Assembly (NCBI RefSeq): GCF_964204645.1
Contig: NC_134034.1
Span: forward strand, 744,001 to 808,000
Length of the DNA: 64,000 bases
Direction: 5' to 3'
Source of the DNA: Tubulanus polymorphus
Taxonomy: Eukaryota > Animalia > Nemertea
Below are positions 51,841-64,000 of the stretch, one piece after another (the stretch's first letter is position 1; each line of letters starts with the position of its first letter). Position numbers and translations under genes: made by a program. The notes beneath the pieces are model-generated. The model was given only the letters and a program-made list of their open reading frames with translations. It did not search any database and was not told where the DNA came from.

Positions 51841-52449
51841 GATTTGCCTGTGCCACCGAGGTGTCCCTTTTTGGTATATGGAACATTTTTTTTCTTCAAA
51901 TTAAGCACGTAAAGACAAACAAACTTTCGACTGAAATTAAGACTAACTTCGGTGACAACCACTTGGATGAGAATAAGTCGGACAAATCACGAAATAACAC
52001 GAAAAACCAACAATATACGATAACGATGACAACGCGAGTTGTGATGAATAAATTTATTCATTTTATGAAGAATTCAAAACATCAATATCAATCAGTTGTG
52101 GTCATTCTGCGCATGCGCCTGTGGTCAGCAACTGGTCACGTCCATCTACAAATATAGACATGTTTAAATTCCCGTACTCAATGTAAATATGACTGCTTTC
52201 ATTAATCCCCCTATGACATCATGTAATTCTTATGTGCTCTGATCTATAGACTCTTCTAAAAAAAGATGGCTGCCTCCAAAATTCCGCCAATTACATCATA
52301 ATATAAACGTGCTCTGATCTATAGACTGTTCTAAACAGATGTCTGCCTCCATAAATCCCCCTATGACATCATCAAATTGCCAACTAGTGACTTGATCTAA
52401 TAGAGCCTTTTAGACCTGTTCTAGAAGTCTCTTAACTTACCTAGATGTT

Positions 52450-52963
52450 TCAACATTCTTTCTGGCACTGTTCCAGCGTGAGGAAGTTATTTGCATTTCC
52501 CTGGCAACCTCCGTACGTGAACGACTGACAGGTCTTTGTTGATTGGTCAAAGTAAAATCTCGGCATCAGCGCCATACACGGTCCGGTATCCTTTGGTAGG
52601 AAGCAGGCAGCTTGAGGGAAGAGAAATAGAATAACATCTTGTTTCAATTCAAAACTTGAGACCACTCAAAAATTGAATATACACGTTTTGCGAGACTGCT
52701 TACTTGAGTGTAACGCCGCCTGGGAACACACGAAAACCGTCTACAAAAAATACGAATAAAATTCATGTAGTCAATTTGAATTTCTCTAGAAAAAAAAAAC
52801 AAAGATGGCGCTGCCTCCACGGTTTCTGGAAATGTCAACATTAGGCCTGAATATATGAAACAGGGTCGCATTGGGCCCAGTATAAGTTCAAGTCAATAAA
52901 ATCAATAAGATATCTACTTACGCATAGCAACGCGACACAAATCAATAATTTATTCGACGCCAT
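52450..52963 (-). CDS. Secreted single-domain Kunitz/BPTI protease inhibitor, P1 = Met (Kunitz-3, 79 aa)
   Basis: Exons 52963-52922, 52740-52704, 52610-52450: MASNKLLICVALLCTVFVCSQAALHSTACFLPKDTGPCMALMPRFYFDQSTKTCQSFTYGGCQGNANNFLTLEQCQKEC*; TATAAAA at 53021-53027; probable 3' UTR intron after 52441. Confidence 0.93.
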
Positions 52964-53513
52964 TGTAAAGGGATTGCGATCTAACAGTCATGTATCTAAC
53001 AGTCGACTGAACTCACGTTGTTTTATACCCGAACCGGCGGAAACGGAATCCCGGACGTTATCACCACTATCTACTATAACGACGATTTAAAATTCACCGA
53101 AATCAAATGTATTTTTATCTTTTTCATTTTTTCGAGATTAACGATTTTCATTATTCAATACGCAATCCGACAGGTCACGTGACCGTGCGAAACGTTGCAC
53201 GTGACCTTCCCTAGCAGACGGCAAACAAAATCATCAACCACCTCTACTACATACTCGACTGTGAAGCTAGAGATGGTGGCTCGGGGGCCAAGGGCCCGTT
53301 CCATAGTCAAGAACTAAGGCAAATTGGTGTTCGATTGGTCGCAGAAGTAATTTTCCAGATTGGTTATAGAATAACATTAGATAAAAAATACGTCAAAAAT
53401 GTATCTGTCTTGTGAAATGGTTTTTATGATAATGGAACAATTAATCGGATTTTTAAATCAATTCTATCATAATTTCCAGAATTCCAGTTCCCCAGTTGTT
53501 GAATTGTTGCTGC

Positions 53514-54453
53514 CTATTCGTCCAAATCCTGAAAGAAATAAGACTTGTCAGATCTATAATATATTTTGTTATGGTGACCACGTCGTTGTGTCGTCACTCG
53601 AAACCCTAGAGTTCCACGACAGGTCTGTCGGTAAAGATTTCGAATATTTTTAACTCATTTCGAATATTTCAGAGTTAACTCAACAAACCTTCATTGTACA
53701 AGAGCCTTGTTTCAGTAAGGCCGCGCATCTTTCGCAATCTTTCGGTTCTTTTTCTACGATGACCGATCTATAAAATAACCAAACACAGTCTCAATCATTG
53801 TGCCCTACACGCAGCACGCACGCACGCACGCACGCACGCACACCAATATTTTCAAATTATTTGTGTTAAGTCTGTAGGCTAACCCTGAGTTTGATTGGTC
53901 GAGATACGATTGTTTCTTGTTGACCAGGGCGTCAGAGTGGTGGACCCATACTGATCAAGTTGTTGGCCTATATTGTCGAAGTTGTAGGCTCACGTCGTTT
54001 AGGCCCGCCATATTAACAAAGTTGTTGTTGTGGACACATATTGGCGTGCGCATTGATGGCTGGAGGATGGGCGCTTACACGAGATGGGGCGCTTTATTTA
54101 ATCCCACAATAAATTCAGCCAAAAATGAAAAGTTCTATATTAAAATGATTATATTTCGAGCAACATTTCGGCTAAGCCATCATCGGGCGTACTGGACCTT
54201 CATTTTTGGCTCAATCTATTTTGGGATCTCTCTCGTAAAAGCAGTCATAATTTGATTTGTGATAATTACTTGTCAATGCAGTATGCCTCGCAAAGATCCT
54301 TGGCGATGAAATTATTGCTATTTCCATTGCACCCTTCGTATAGGAACTTTTCGCATTTCTCGGTCTCTGTGTTGTAATAATATCTATAAGGTTTAGTGAA
54401 GCCATATGGGGTGTAAAGACAGTGACCAACTTCTAAAGGCAGATAACAAACCA
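53514..54453 (-). pseudogene. Tailed Kunitz gene (Kunitz-4), copy 1, apparently 5'-truncated by the duplication breakpoint
   Basis: Exons 54453-54270 (VCYLPLEVGHCLYTPYGFTKPYRYYYNTETEKCEKFLYEGCNGNSNNFIAKDLCEAYCIDK), 53767-53689 (SVIVEKEPKDCERCAALLKQGSCTMK), 53528-53514 (DLDE*). No signal-peptide exons found between 54455 and the junction at 55126. Confidence 0.75.
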
Positions 54454-55817
54454 CTGAAAATCAGACAGAAAAAAAAACAATGTCAGTTCATCGCAAAGTA
54501 GTGAAACTCGTTATGGAGGACAGCTTATGCGGTGGTACTAGATAGTGAAACGGGGTTTACAGACATTTCTACCGAGTTGAGGGAAATATAGAAATGAGGT
54601 AATTGTGGAACTGAGGAATGAACAACAGAGTTTGGTAGACAACTGTGAGCTGGGTGGATAACACTATCGACAGTGAGCATTGGAGAGAACGGAGGACTTG
54701 GTCATTGCACAACTTAAATGAAGGACCATATGGGTCCAGTAGGATCAAAAGAGTTACTTTTGGGGACAAAAATCGATTTGTTCCAAGATTTGCAATTACG
54801 TAAACAGCTGATAGGGATGAAATCATGGTGCACTGTGTACATTTTCAACTTTGATGATATAGCATGGTATAAGACTCACTGGCATATGGTAGAACAATCA
54901 GTACTATGTTCTTGATAAGGATATCTCTGGGAAAGCCCTTCTTAAGAGATTTCCAAGTGATGTCTTCATGGAGGGCTTTCCCTGTGATGTCATGAAACAA
55001 GGTCAAGCATCGATTAGCAGAATAGGGAAAAATTCTGTGAAGTTTTGCACATTTTCTCCCCCAGCACTTCCAAACGGCTTAGAGCTGATGGACGAAACTT
55101 TCCAGATCAACACCTATCTCCCTCCTATACCGAATCCAGTGTTCACTTCACGACGGTTACGCAATATGAAGCTAATTTACCAAAGGCCCTGAATTTATCG
55201 GCAAAGAAAGATATAATTCACGTTACATCAGTAGTTTCAAGGCACCGCCTGGTCTAGTCTATTAGATCTAGCCGCGGCCGGTTCTAGAGGGGTCCGTAAC
55301 AACGTCCTGGTTGTCCAGATTAAAAATTGTTTATAGGCCTACATCCTCGCTTGCCAGGGTTTGATTGCGATGAAATTCTGGATAGACATTGTCATCATCC
55401 ACGACAACTATTCCGAAGTGAGGGTATCCCAAAATTAAACTAATTTTAGTCTTGTGCAGTTAGCTAGCTCAGTTGGTTGAGTGGAGGTCTGCGAACCGAG
55501 AGGTCCTTAGTTCGAAACCACCTCTGGCATTGGATGTCGAGACACATACATGGACTAAGCTCTGCTAACTTAAGTCAGGTTGTGAGCCATAACAACCTAT
55601 AAAAAGGCTCTGGCCGTCTCTTAAGACCCACTAGAGTTACACTGTTACTTGCAGTTGGGACGTACAACTCTTCTAAACTTTACACCAGGATAAAACAACT
55701 AATTCATATCGACATTAAATACTATTTATTGTAATAACTTTGTACAAAAAACAATTTATACAATATGTTGAATAAAATCTGGTCTGGTGTTGATTGTAGA
55801 ATTCTGGCTGCCGTTCG

Positions 55818-57284
55818 TTATTGCCACAATAAACTAAAATAGAGACAAAAACATCATAAATCACTACCTAGCAACTATGATGGGAAGGGTGAGACAACAG
55901 GCGCGGATCCAGACTATCGATCATGCAGCACGTGCGGTAGTCGCAGTTTTCAAATGCCTTTAAAAAATTCATGTTTCGGGAAAAAAGTAAATAAAAGGGC
56001 ACACAATTTGTGCGCCATAAAAAATAATTGCCCTTCTGTACTAGGACTAAAGCAAAATGTGAATGAAAATAAATTGCCCAAAATAAAAAAGGCAATCTAA
56101 GGCATTTTTCTTTACTCAAACGGGCACTATTCTAAAAGAGACATTATTGTTGCTCTATAAATCTAATCGAAAAAGGGCAAATTTCGCCAAAAATCTAAAA
56201 AAGGTACACAAGTGGCATGATACAAATAAATGGCACTCAAAATCAAACTCAATCGCTGGACATTAATACTGGCCATTTTCAAAGTTGGTGCCCTTTTTTC
56301 ACTGTGCCGTAGTCACTGAATGGACCTGGATCCACGCCTGGACAATAGCAACAACAAAGTCTCTAAATCCTGAAAGGGCAATTTCCATCTTCCAGCGTGA
56401 AATCCAGTATCAATGACCCCCCGGTGACAGTGTGGATCCAGTTATTGCTGTGACATGTCGTTGTGGTTTCTCCTATAGAGGCCTACGTACGTACCTGAGT
56501 ACTGTTATTTCTGGCATACCCGGTTCTGCGCCTTTCTTGAAACCTGACAAAAATTAAAACCCAACATTCAGTAAAAACGTCAAAATCTCTTCTTCATATC
56601 ACCTGCAACCATTGAACTGTATGTACACCAAAATAAACTTGCGTTTGAACGGAATAGTATCTCGGTCAAAAGTAACCCGGACAAAGAGGAACTCACAATT
56701 TTCGGATATTCAATAAAATTCATCAATTCGGGGTATATTTAGATCCTATAACCGAGTCGTACACAAAATGGTGGCTTTTTCAAATGATAAGATCAGAAGG
56801 GTTAGTATCAAGAGGGTTTAGGGTTAGGTGAGGCTTTAGGGTTAGTATTAGGTGAGGCTTTACAGTTTATTACTATAAGGTAGCTTAAGGTAAGATTATA
56901 TGAAGTTATAAAACCAGTGAACTGGCAAGCTAGCATCGCTAGCACCTCGGGATAGCGTTATGCTTGCGCTCACATGGTTGCGTGTTCGAGTCCTGATTTT
57001 TAGTTACTTTTCAAGAGTTTTCTAAGTCCAGGCAGTGCGCATGCGCGACGAGTCAGTTATAGGATCTAACATCTACCCCAGTACCGGGTTAGGAGTAGTT
57101 TACCGGTACAAAACGTAGTATATATCAATTTCATTAGCAAATAAACTGAATTTAAATTGTGTTTTGACTGTTCTCGCTTACCTAGATATAACACGGTAGG
57201 AATGAATCCCCAATGAAACGCTGTTTTACCAATAGAAAATACCGTCGAAATTCTCTTCTTCATCGCTGTACTTAATTTAACCAT
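55818..57284 (-). CDS. TOMM7: Mitochondrial import receptor subunit TOM7, copy 2
   Basis: Exons 57284-57182, 56543-56495, 55833-55818, same as copy 1. Confidence 0.95.
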
Positions 57285-58022
57285 GATTTCTGTGAGATTT
57301 ATTCGCTGTTCTTTTCGTGTGAAATGTTTTCAATACGGCGAGGTAAGACTGAACTGAAGAACGCGCAGCTCAAGCGCGGTGGAATCGTGAGCGTCTGTGT
57401 AGTGTAACACCACGAAAACTCCAACACGAAATGTCGAGTCATTAGAAAAATCAAATATAAATCAAATTATATTGGGTCCGTTGCCCTCTACATGTTTCCC
57501 TGGTCCGAAGGGGTTGTTCAGATTGTAGATTGATACCCGCTGCGAGTCGTGCGAGAAATTAAATCAAAAGAAGTTTGATATGTTTCAAAAAATGAAAAGA
57601 AAACGGCTAACAAAATTGATACGTTTCTACAGGCCCGCGGCCGTCGCGACTCGGCCGGCCGCCTCTCAATACATTACTTTTTTCTAAAATCATGATTTAA
57701 CAGACCCGGCAGTTATAGAAATGAACTGATTTTAAAACCGATTACACTGGAACGCACCTGCCTGAAAGAGTTTCAGATGGAACTGATCTTTTACAATCCT
57801 CAATCGGTTTGTGAAACGGGATTTCTGGCGGAGTTTTAAGTCATCGAAAAAAATATCGTCAAGTGTCTCTGGTATATCAGACACTGGATAAACACTAAAT
57901 TTCTAATCGGGAGAAGTCATCACATTACTGAAGTCTTTATTTTTGAGTCCTATTACAATTCAACTAACGACTTCAGAGCTTGAATGTATTTCATACAATG
58001 ATTTGCACTATTGGACCTGACT

Positions 58023-58564
58023 CTATTTAGAACAGGCCTTCAAGCAAGCTTTCTTCGTTTGGAAGTTGTTCGCGTTTCCTTTGCAGCCTCCGTACACGAA
58101 TTCTTCACAAGTTCCCGTGGCGGAATTATAGTGGAATCGAATAAACATGGCCTCACATGGTCCAGTCGATTTGGGCAGGTCACACGGTGCTGAAATATAT
58201 CAAAATTATACCAAGCCTTACTACTGGGAGTTGCCGAATAGATTATGCAAATTACGATAAAATGTTTAGTATGAGCTTACACTTTGACGCCTGTATTCTG
58301 CTGCCCGCTAATATCGTCTGCAATGAATATTAAAGGCGTAACTTCATTTATGATACCGGCAGCTTTTACTTGAATTTTTCTAAAACCTGCGAAAAGGTCT
58401 CCTAGTTCAACAATTAACCATTCCAGTTAAATCTGGACTCAATATTCTGGAACCAGTTCCACAATCGACCCATTCAAACAAGAATGACGGTATCTAAAAG
58501 AGTTAAAATAACTTACGCACAAAAGAACGCAAATTATAATTGAACTCGGTCGTGAATGATGCAT
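58023..58564 (-). CDS. Kunitz-1 (P1 Glu), copy 2
   Basis: Exons 58564-58517, 58317-58281, 58189-58023; same as 48240-48781. Confidence 0.9.
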
Positions 58565-59243
58565 CTTTCAGAAATCAACGTGTGAACTATGAGTACCGCC
58601 ACGTCCAGCCTGTTTTATATCGAGTCAAATCGATAATTTTTACTAGTCATCATTTTTCAAATCTGTTTCTAATTTATTTGTTTTGTGTCGTCTGCCGTAG
58701 ATACAGGAGATAACGGAAACACGTGACGTTTTTCTCATTAAGTGATATTCGAACAGGGGTCGGGCGGGAAGGCGGTAGAGGTCTCACGCTGCTGAAAGGG
58801 TGTCTCCAGGCGGAGAGGCCGGTTCCACGCTGCTGAAAGGGTGTCTCCAGGCGGAGAGGCCGGTTCCACGCTGCTGAGAGGGTGTCTCCAGGCGGAGCGG
58901 AGAGGCCGGTTCCACGCTGCTGAGAGGATGTCTCCAGGTGGAGGATGGTTCCAGCTACGAGAGCGTGTGCCTTCCGGACTGCTGAGAAGGTGCCTTCAAC
59001 AAGGTGCAGGAGATTTTTAGCCCTCATTGGTGCTGTTTAACGTCAAAAGATAATCAATTCCAGTTTAAATTCGAATTTTATTTGATACAGAAAAAACAAT
59101 TTCTAGTAACGGAAAAATGAATTCAAAACAAACATTTGCTATATCATCACATACAACGATATAACTTATAAATCAACAATCTTCAAATGACATAGTTTTC
59201 AGTAATCGCCCCAGGAGAGACCAGTCCCGCATAGTAATATCAC

Positions 59244-60616
59244 CTATTCTGCCTGCAAGAAATAGAATTTTATGGTGGTATTTCATTAATTTCATATGGA
59301 TTGTTGAAGCGACAAGGTAATGATCCTCCGGGTCAATTCCGTAGTCGAGACTTGAAACTAAAATCCTAAGACTGGTCTTAAATAAAACATTAGATTGTCT
59401 ACAGAAGAAAGATGGTCTCGGTCTATACCTCTAGACTATGGGACCAGCCGCTGGTTTTGATATCAAATTTCTATATTTCAAACTAATATGATTTGTTATT
59501 TCAAACTGCTGAACAAACCTTCACAATACAAGAGCCTTGTTTTAATAACGCGGCGCATCTTTCGCAATCTTTCGGTTCTTCTGGTATCATTGTTCTGTAA
59601 AAAACAAACAAACATAATTTCTCAATGTGCCATATTCACCATTAAGGCTTAAGTCATGATCAAGCTAAACTATAATCAACAGACCCGGTAGTTATAGAAA
59701 TGAACTGATTGCGGTTTACAAAAGTGACCCGGCCGATTAGGAGAAACAAGGTATCATTTTCAGCCCAATCATTGGTTTCTGAGATGAGGGCTCAGAGTTG
59801 TGATGGGTTCATGATACAGTTTTACCCATATTAGACCAGTAATGCTCGGACAATGGTTGATATTTACTTGTAAATGCAGCGGGCCTCGCAAAGTTCCTTG
59901 GCTAGGAAGTTATTTTTATTTCCCTTACATCCGCTGAAATAGAACTTTTCGCAGTTCTTGGTCTCGTGGTTGAAGAAATATCTCAGCGTTTTGAATTCAA
60001 AAATAACATCCATACAAACACCTTTTATTGCAGGTAGGTAACACTCCACTATAGATTATAAATAGAAAAACACTTTCATTTCATATCAGGCCTACTTAAA
60101 CACGACCTGAGCTCAATGGAGGATTTGTGTGGACTTGGATGGACAACTATGGAATAGATTGAAAAACTCGGAAGTTGTGAATGGACAGGCGCGGGACTGG
60201 TTGGACTTGGTGTGCGGCCGGACCGTTACAGAACTTAGTGGACAAATGTGGGTTTTCACCCAGTCCTGGAAGTGGTTGTAGCACCAGTGGACTCCGTCGA
60301 TCCAGGATCCTCTGTGGTCTTAAACATCAGACACTTCGGTGCTCGGGTGGACAACTGTGGAACTTAATAGGCAACAACTGTGTTGGCATGGCCACTTGCG
60401 GGTTGGGTGCACAGCTTCAAAAAATGCTGAAATACAAAATGGCAGATATTACTTACTTGGTCTTAGCTCAATGCATTGACTGTAGGCGAAAATAGTCTGA
60501 AAAATTTGAAATAGACATAAGAATTAGTGCTGAATCTAGGACTGCTCCATGGTTACCGAATATACGTAGGTTGCACATACCCATAAACAGATAACTCCTA
60601 TTGAAAGGTTGTTCAT
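59244..60616 (-). CDS. Kunitz-2 (tailed), copy 2
   Basis: Exons 60616-60581, 60496-60457, 60048-59868, 59594-59519, 59252-59244. Confidence 0.87.
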
Positions 60617-62232
60617 CGTGTTGAAGGTTGACTGATATTGAGTCTACTCGGCATCCTGCTCTCTATATATTCAATCGTCCATATAAATATCATTCATTAT
60701 CATTTGTTTGATCCACACGTAAAAAATTGTGTAACAGTTCGACGATAGAGCACATAGTCAACCGGGTATGGATTAATTTTTATGTTTACCAAACATGTCC
60801 TATCTCTCAAATTGTTTCTAGTGCATCTGAAGTCGTTCTCTCTCCATTCCTGTCGAGACAGTGATTATAGGCTGGGAGAGGGTGGCTCCAGCATGAAAGT
60901 GGCTGACGCGAGAGAGCGGAGCGAGGGAGAGAGGGAGACGGAGGGAGACGGAGGGAGAGGGAGGGAGACGGAGGGAGAGAGGGTGCTAGGATATCCCCCG
61001 ACAAAAATGCAACCAAAAATAATTCACAAGTTTGTTTCAATTTTTGATAAAACTTTTATTTAATGATTTTTGTACATAAGATGCAACTTCATTTGCTGTT
61101 CATATAAGGAGCTTCGTCAAATCGATAATTTTTACTAGTCGTCATTTTTCAAATCTGTTCTTAATTTATTTGTTTTTTGTCGTCTGCCGTGGATACAAGA
61201 GATAACGGAAACACGTGACGTTTTTCTCATTAAGTGATATTCGAACAGGGATCGGGCGGGAAGGCGGTAGACATCCGCAATGGCAAACTCACTAACAACC
61301 CAATGAATTTTCCGGCACAACAAACAATATTTAAAGCAGTATTCAACCATTATCCGTCGGATGGGCTCTTGCGAAACTTATGATATGGATATCTTAATAA
61401 ATAATCATACTAAATAATGTATTATAATATACTATCAAACTATCATTACCAATCACCATGTCTAACTGGTTACTACCGCAATGGGTCACCACCATGTCTG
61501 ACCAGATTCCTGACCAGCCAAGTTTACCAATTTCGTCCGGTTCTATGGTCTAGTGGTTAGAATGCTCGACTGTCATGCTCGTGGTCGAGGGTTCGTGTCC
61601 GGTTCAGGGTTCCCCGCTGGACCGATTTGCCTGTGCCACCGAGGTGTCCCTTTTTGGTATATGGAACATTTTTTTTCTTCAAATTAAGCACGTAAAGACA
61701 AACAAACTTTCGACTGAAATTAAGACTAACTTCGGTGACAACCACTTGGATGAGAATAAGTCGGACAAATCACGAAATAACACGAAAAACCAACAATATA
61801 CGATAACGATGACAACGCGAGTTGTGATGAATAAATTTATTCATTTTATGAAGAATTCAAAACATCAATATCAATCAGTTGTGGTCATTCTGCGCATGCG
61901 CCTGTGGTCAGCAACTGGTCACGTCCATCTACAAATATAGACATGTTTAAATTCCCGTACTCAATGTAAATATGACTGCTTTCATTAATCCCCCTATGAC
62001 ATCATGTAATTCTTATGTGCTCTGATCTATAGACTCTTCTAAAAAAAGATGGCTGCCTCCAAAATTCCGCCAATTACATCATAATATAAACGTGCTCTGA
62101 TCTATAGACTGTTCTAAACAGATGTCTGCCTCCATAAATCCCCCTATGACATCATCAAATTGCCAACTAGTGACTTGATCTAATAGAGCCTTTTAGACCT
62201 GTTCTAGAAGTCTCTTAACTTACCTAGATGTT

Positions 62233-62746
62233 TCAACATTCTTTCTGGCACTGTTCCAGCGTGAGGAAGTTATTTGCATTTCCCTGGCAACCTCCGTACG
62301 TGAACGACTGACAGGTCTTTGTTGATTGGTCAAAGTAAAATCTCGGCATCAGCGCCATACACGGTCCGGTATCCTTTGGTAGGAAGCAGGCAGCTTGAGG
62401 GAAGAGAAATAGAATAACATCTTGTTTCAATTCAAAACTTGAGACCACTCAAAAATTGAATATACACGTTTTGCGAGACTGCTTACTTGAGTGTAACGCC
62501 GCCTGGGAACACACGAAAACCGTCTACAAAAAATACGAATAAAATTCATGTAGTCAATTTGAATTTCTCTAGAAAAAAAAAACAAAGATGGCGCTGCCTC
62601 CACGGTTTCTGGAAATGTCAACATTAGGCCTGAATATATGAAACAGGGTCGCATTGGGCCCAGTATAAGTTCAAGTCAATAAAATCAATAAGATATCTAC
62701 TTACGCATAGCAACGCGACACAAATCAATAATTTATTCGACGCCAT
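62233..62746 (-). CDS. Kunitz-3 (P1 Met), copy 2
   Basis: Exons 62746-62705, 62523-62487, 62393-62233. Confidence 0.92.
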
Positions 62747-63296
62747 TGTAAAGGGATTGCGATCTAACAGTCATGTATCTAACAGTCGACTGAACTCACG
62801 TTGTTTTATACCCGAACCGGCGGAAACGGAATCCCGGACGTTATCACCACTATCTACTATAACGACGATTTAAAATTCACCGAAATCAAATGTATTTTTA
62901 TCTTTTTCATTTTTTCGAGATTAACGATTTTCATTATTCAATACGCAATCCGACAGGTCACGTGACCGTGCGAAACGTTGCACGTGACCTTCCCTAGCAG
63001 ACGGCAAACAAAATCATCAACCACCTCTACTACATACTCGACTGTGAAGCTAGAGATGGTGGCTCGGGGGCCAAGGGCCCGTTCCATAGTCAAGAACTAA
63101 GGCAAATTGGTGTTCGATTGGTCGCAGAAGTAATTTTCCAGATTGGTTATAGAATAACATTAGATAAAAAATACGTCAAAAATGTATCTGTCTTGTGAAA
63201 TGGTTTTTATGATAATGGAACAATTAATCGGATTTTTAAATCAATTCTATCATAATTTCCAGAATTCCAGTTCCCCAGTTGTTGAATTGTTGCTGC

Positions 63297-63550
63297 CTAT
63301 TCGTCCAAATCCTGAAAGAAATAAGACTTGTCAGATCTATAATATATTTTGTTATGGTGACCACGTCGTTGTGTCGTCACTCGAAACCCTAGAGTTCCAC
63401 GACAGGTCTGTCGGTAAAGATTTCGAATATTTTTAACTCATTTCGAATATTTCAGAGTTAACTCAACAAACCTTCATTGTACAAGAGCCTTGTTTCAGTA
63501 AGGCCGCGCATCTTTCGCAATCTTTCGGTTCTTTTTCTACGATGACCGAT
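63297..63550 (-). CDS. Kunitz-4 (tailed), copy 2, last two exons; rest lies beyond the window
   Basis: Exons 63550-63472 and 63311-63297; the Kunitz exon would be at ~64053-64236. Confidence 0.8.
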
Positions 63551-64000
63551 CTATAAAATAACCAAACACAGTCTCAATCATTGTGCCCTACACGCAGCAC
63601 GCACGCACGCACGCACGCACGCACACCAATATTTTCAAATTATTTGTGTTAAGTCTGTAGGCTAACCCTGAGTTTGATTGGTCGAGATACGATTGTTTCT
63701 TGTTGACCAGGGCGTCAGAGTGGTGGACCCATACTGATCAAGTTGTTGGCCTATATTGTCGAAGTTGTAGGCTCACGTCGTTTAGGCCCGCCATATTAAC
63801 AAAGTTGTTGTTGTGGACACATATTGGCGTGCGCATTGATGGCTGGAGGATGGGCGCTTACACGAGATGGGGCGCTTTATTTAATCCCACAATAAATTCA
63901 GCCAAAAATGAAAAGTTCTATATTAAAATGATTATATTTCGAGCAACATTTCGGCTAAGCCATCATCGGGCGTACTGGACCTTCATTTTTGGCTCAATCT

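Larger units (their letters stand above)
45344..55126. repeat. 9,783-bp tandem segmental duplication, copy 1
   Basis: Identity begins at ataccgaatccagtgttc (45344 and 55127); every ORF in the track recurs at +9,783 with an identical translation. Confidence 0.97.
55127..64000. repeat. 9,783-bp tandem segmental duplication, copy 2 (runs past window end)
   Basis: Matches 45344-54217 at constant offset; no difference noticed in the stretches compared by eye. Confidence 0.97.

Overview
Eukaryotic (animal, intron-rich, AT-rich, probably a marine invertebrate) genomic window. Positions 1-21,900 have no coding exon I can support; they hold minisatellites, CT/GA tracts, palindromic MITEs, a tRNA-derived SINE head and promoter/CTCF-like motifs. 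Positions 22,002-34,114 (+) carry a complete 23-exon ANKRD28/44/52-family gene (PP6 regulatory ankyrin-repeat subunit, ~1,027 aa), with tandem repeats in most introns. On the minus strand follow a small secreted PAN/apple-like gene (~38.9-39.3 kb) and an 8-exon kainate-like ionotropic glutamate receptor (40,362-44,431, ~490 aa). This receptor has no amino-terminal domain, keeps the glutamate-binding residues, and has a rewritten pore loop (Lys at the Q/R site) and gate (TYVASLSSI for SYTANLAAF). From 45,344 a 9,783-bp block is repeated head-to-tail, apparently identically (copy 2 starts at 55,127 and runs off the window). Each block holds TOMM7 and four small Kunitz/BPTI genes: two canonical short ones (P1 Glu and P1 Met; the Glu one is missing from the ORF track) and two with a 5-6 aa reactive-loop insertion plus a conserved CERC...C tail. 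The breakpoint appears to remove the 5' end of one Kunitz gene and places it downstream of TOMM7 with compatible splice phases. All exon models were assembled by eye from GT-AG sites and reading frame; no database searches were run.
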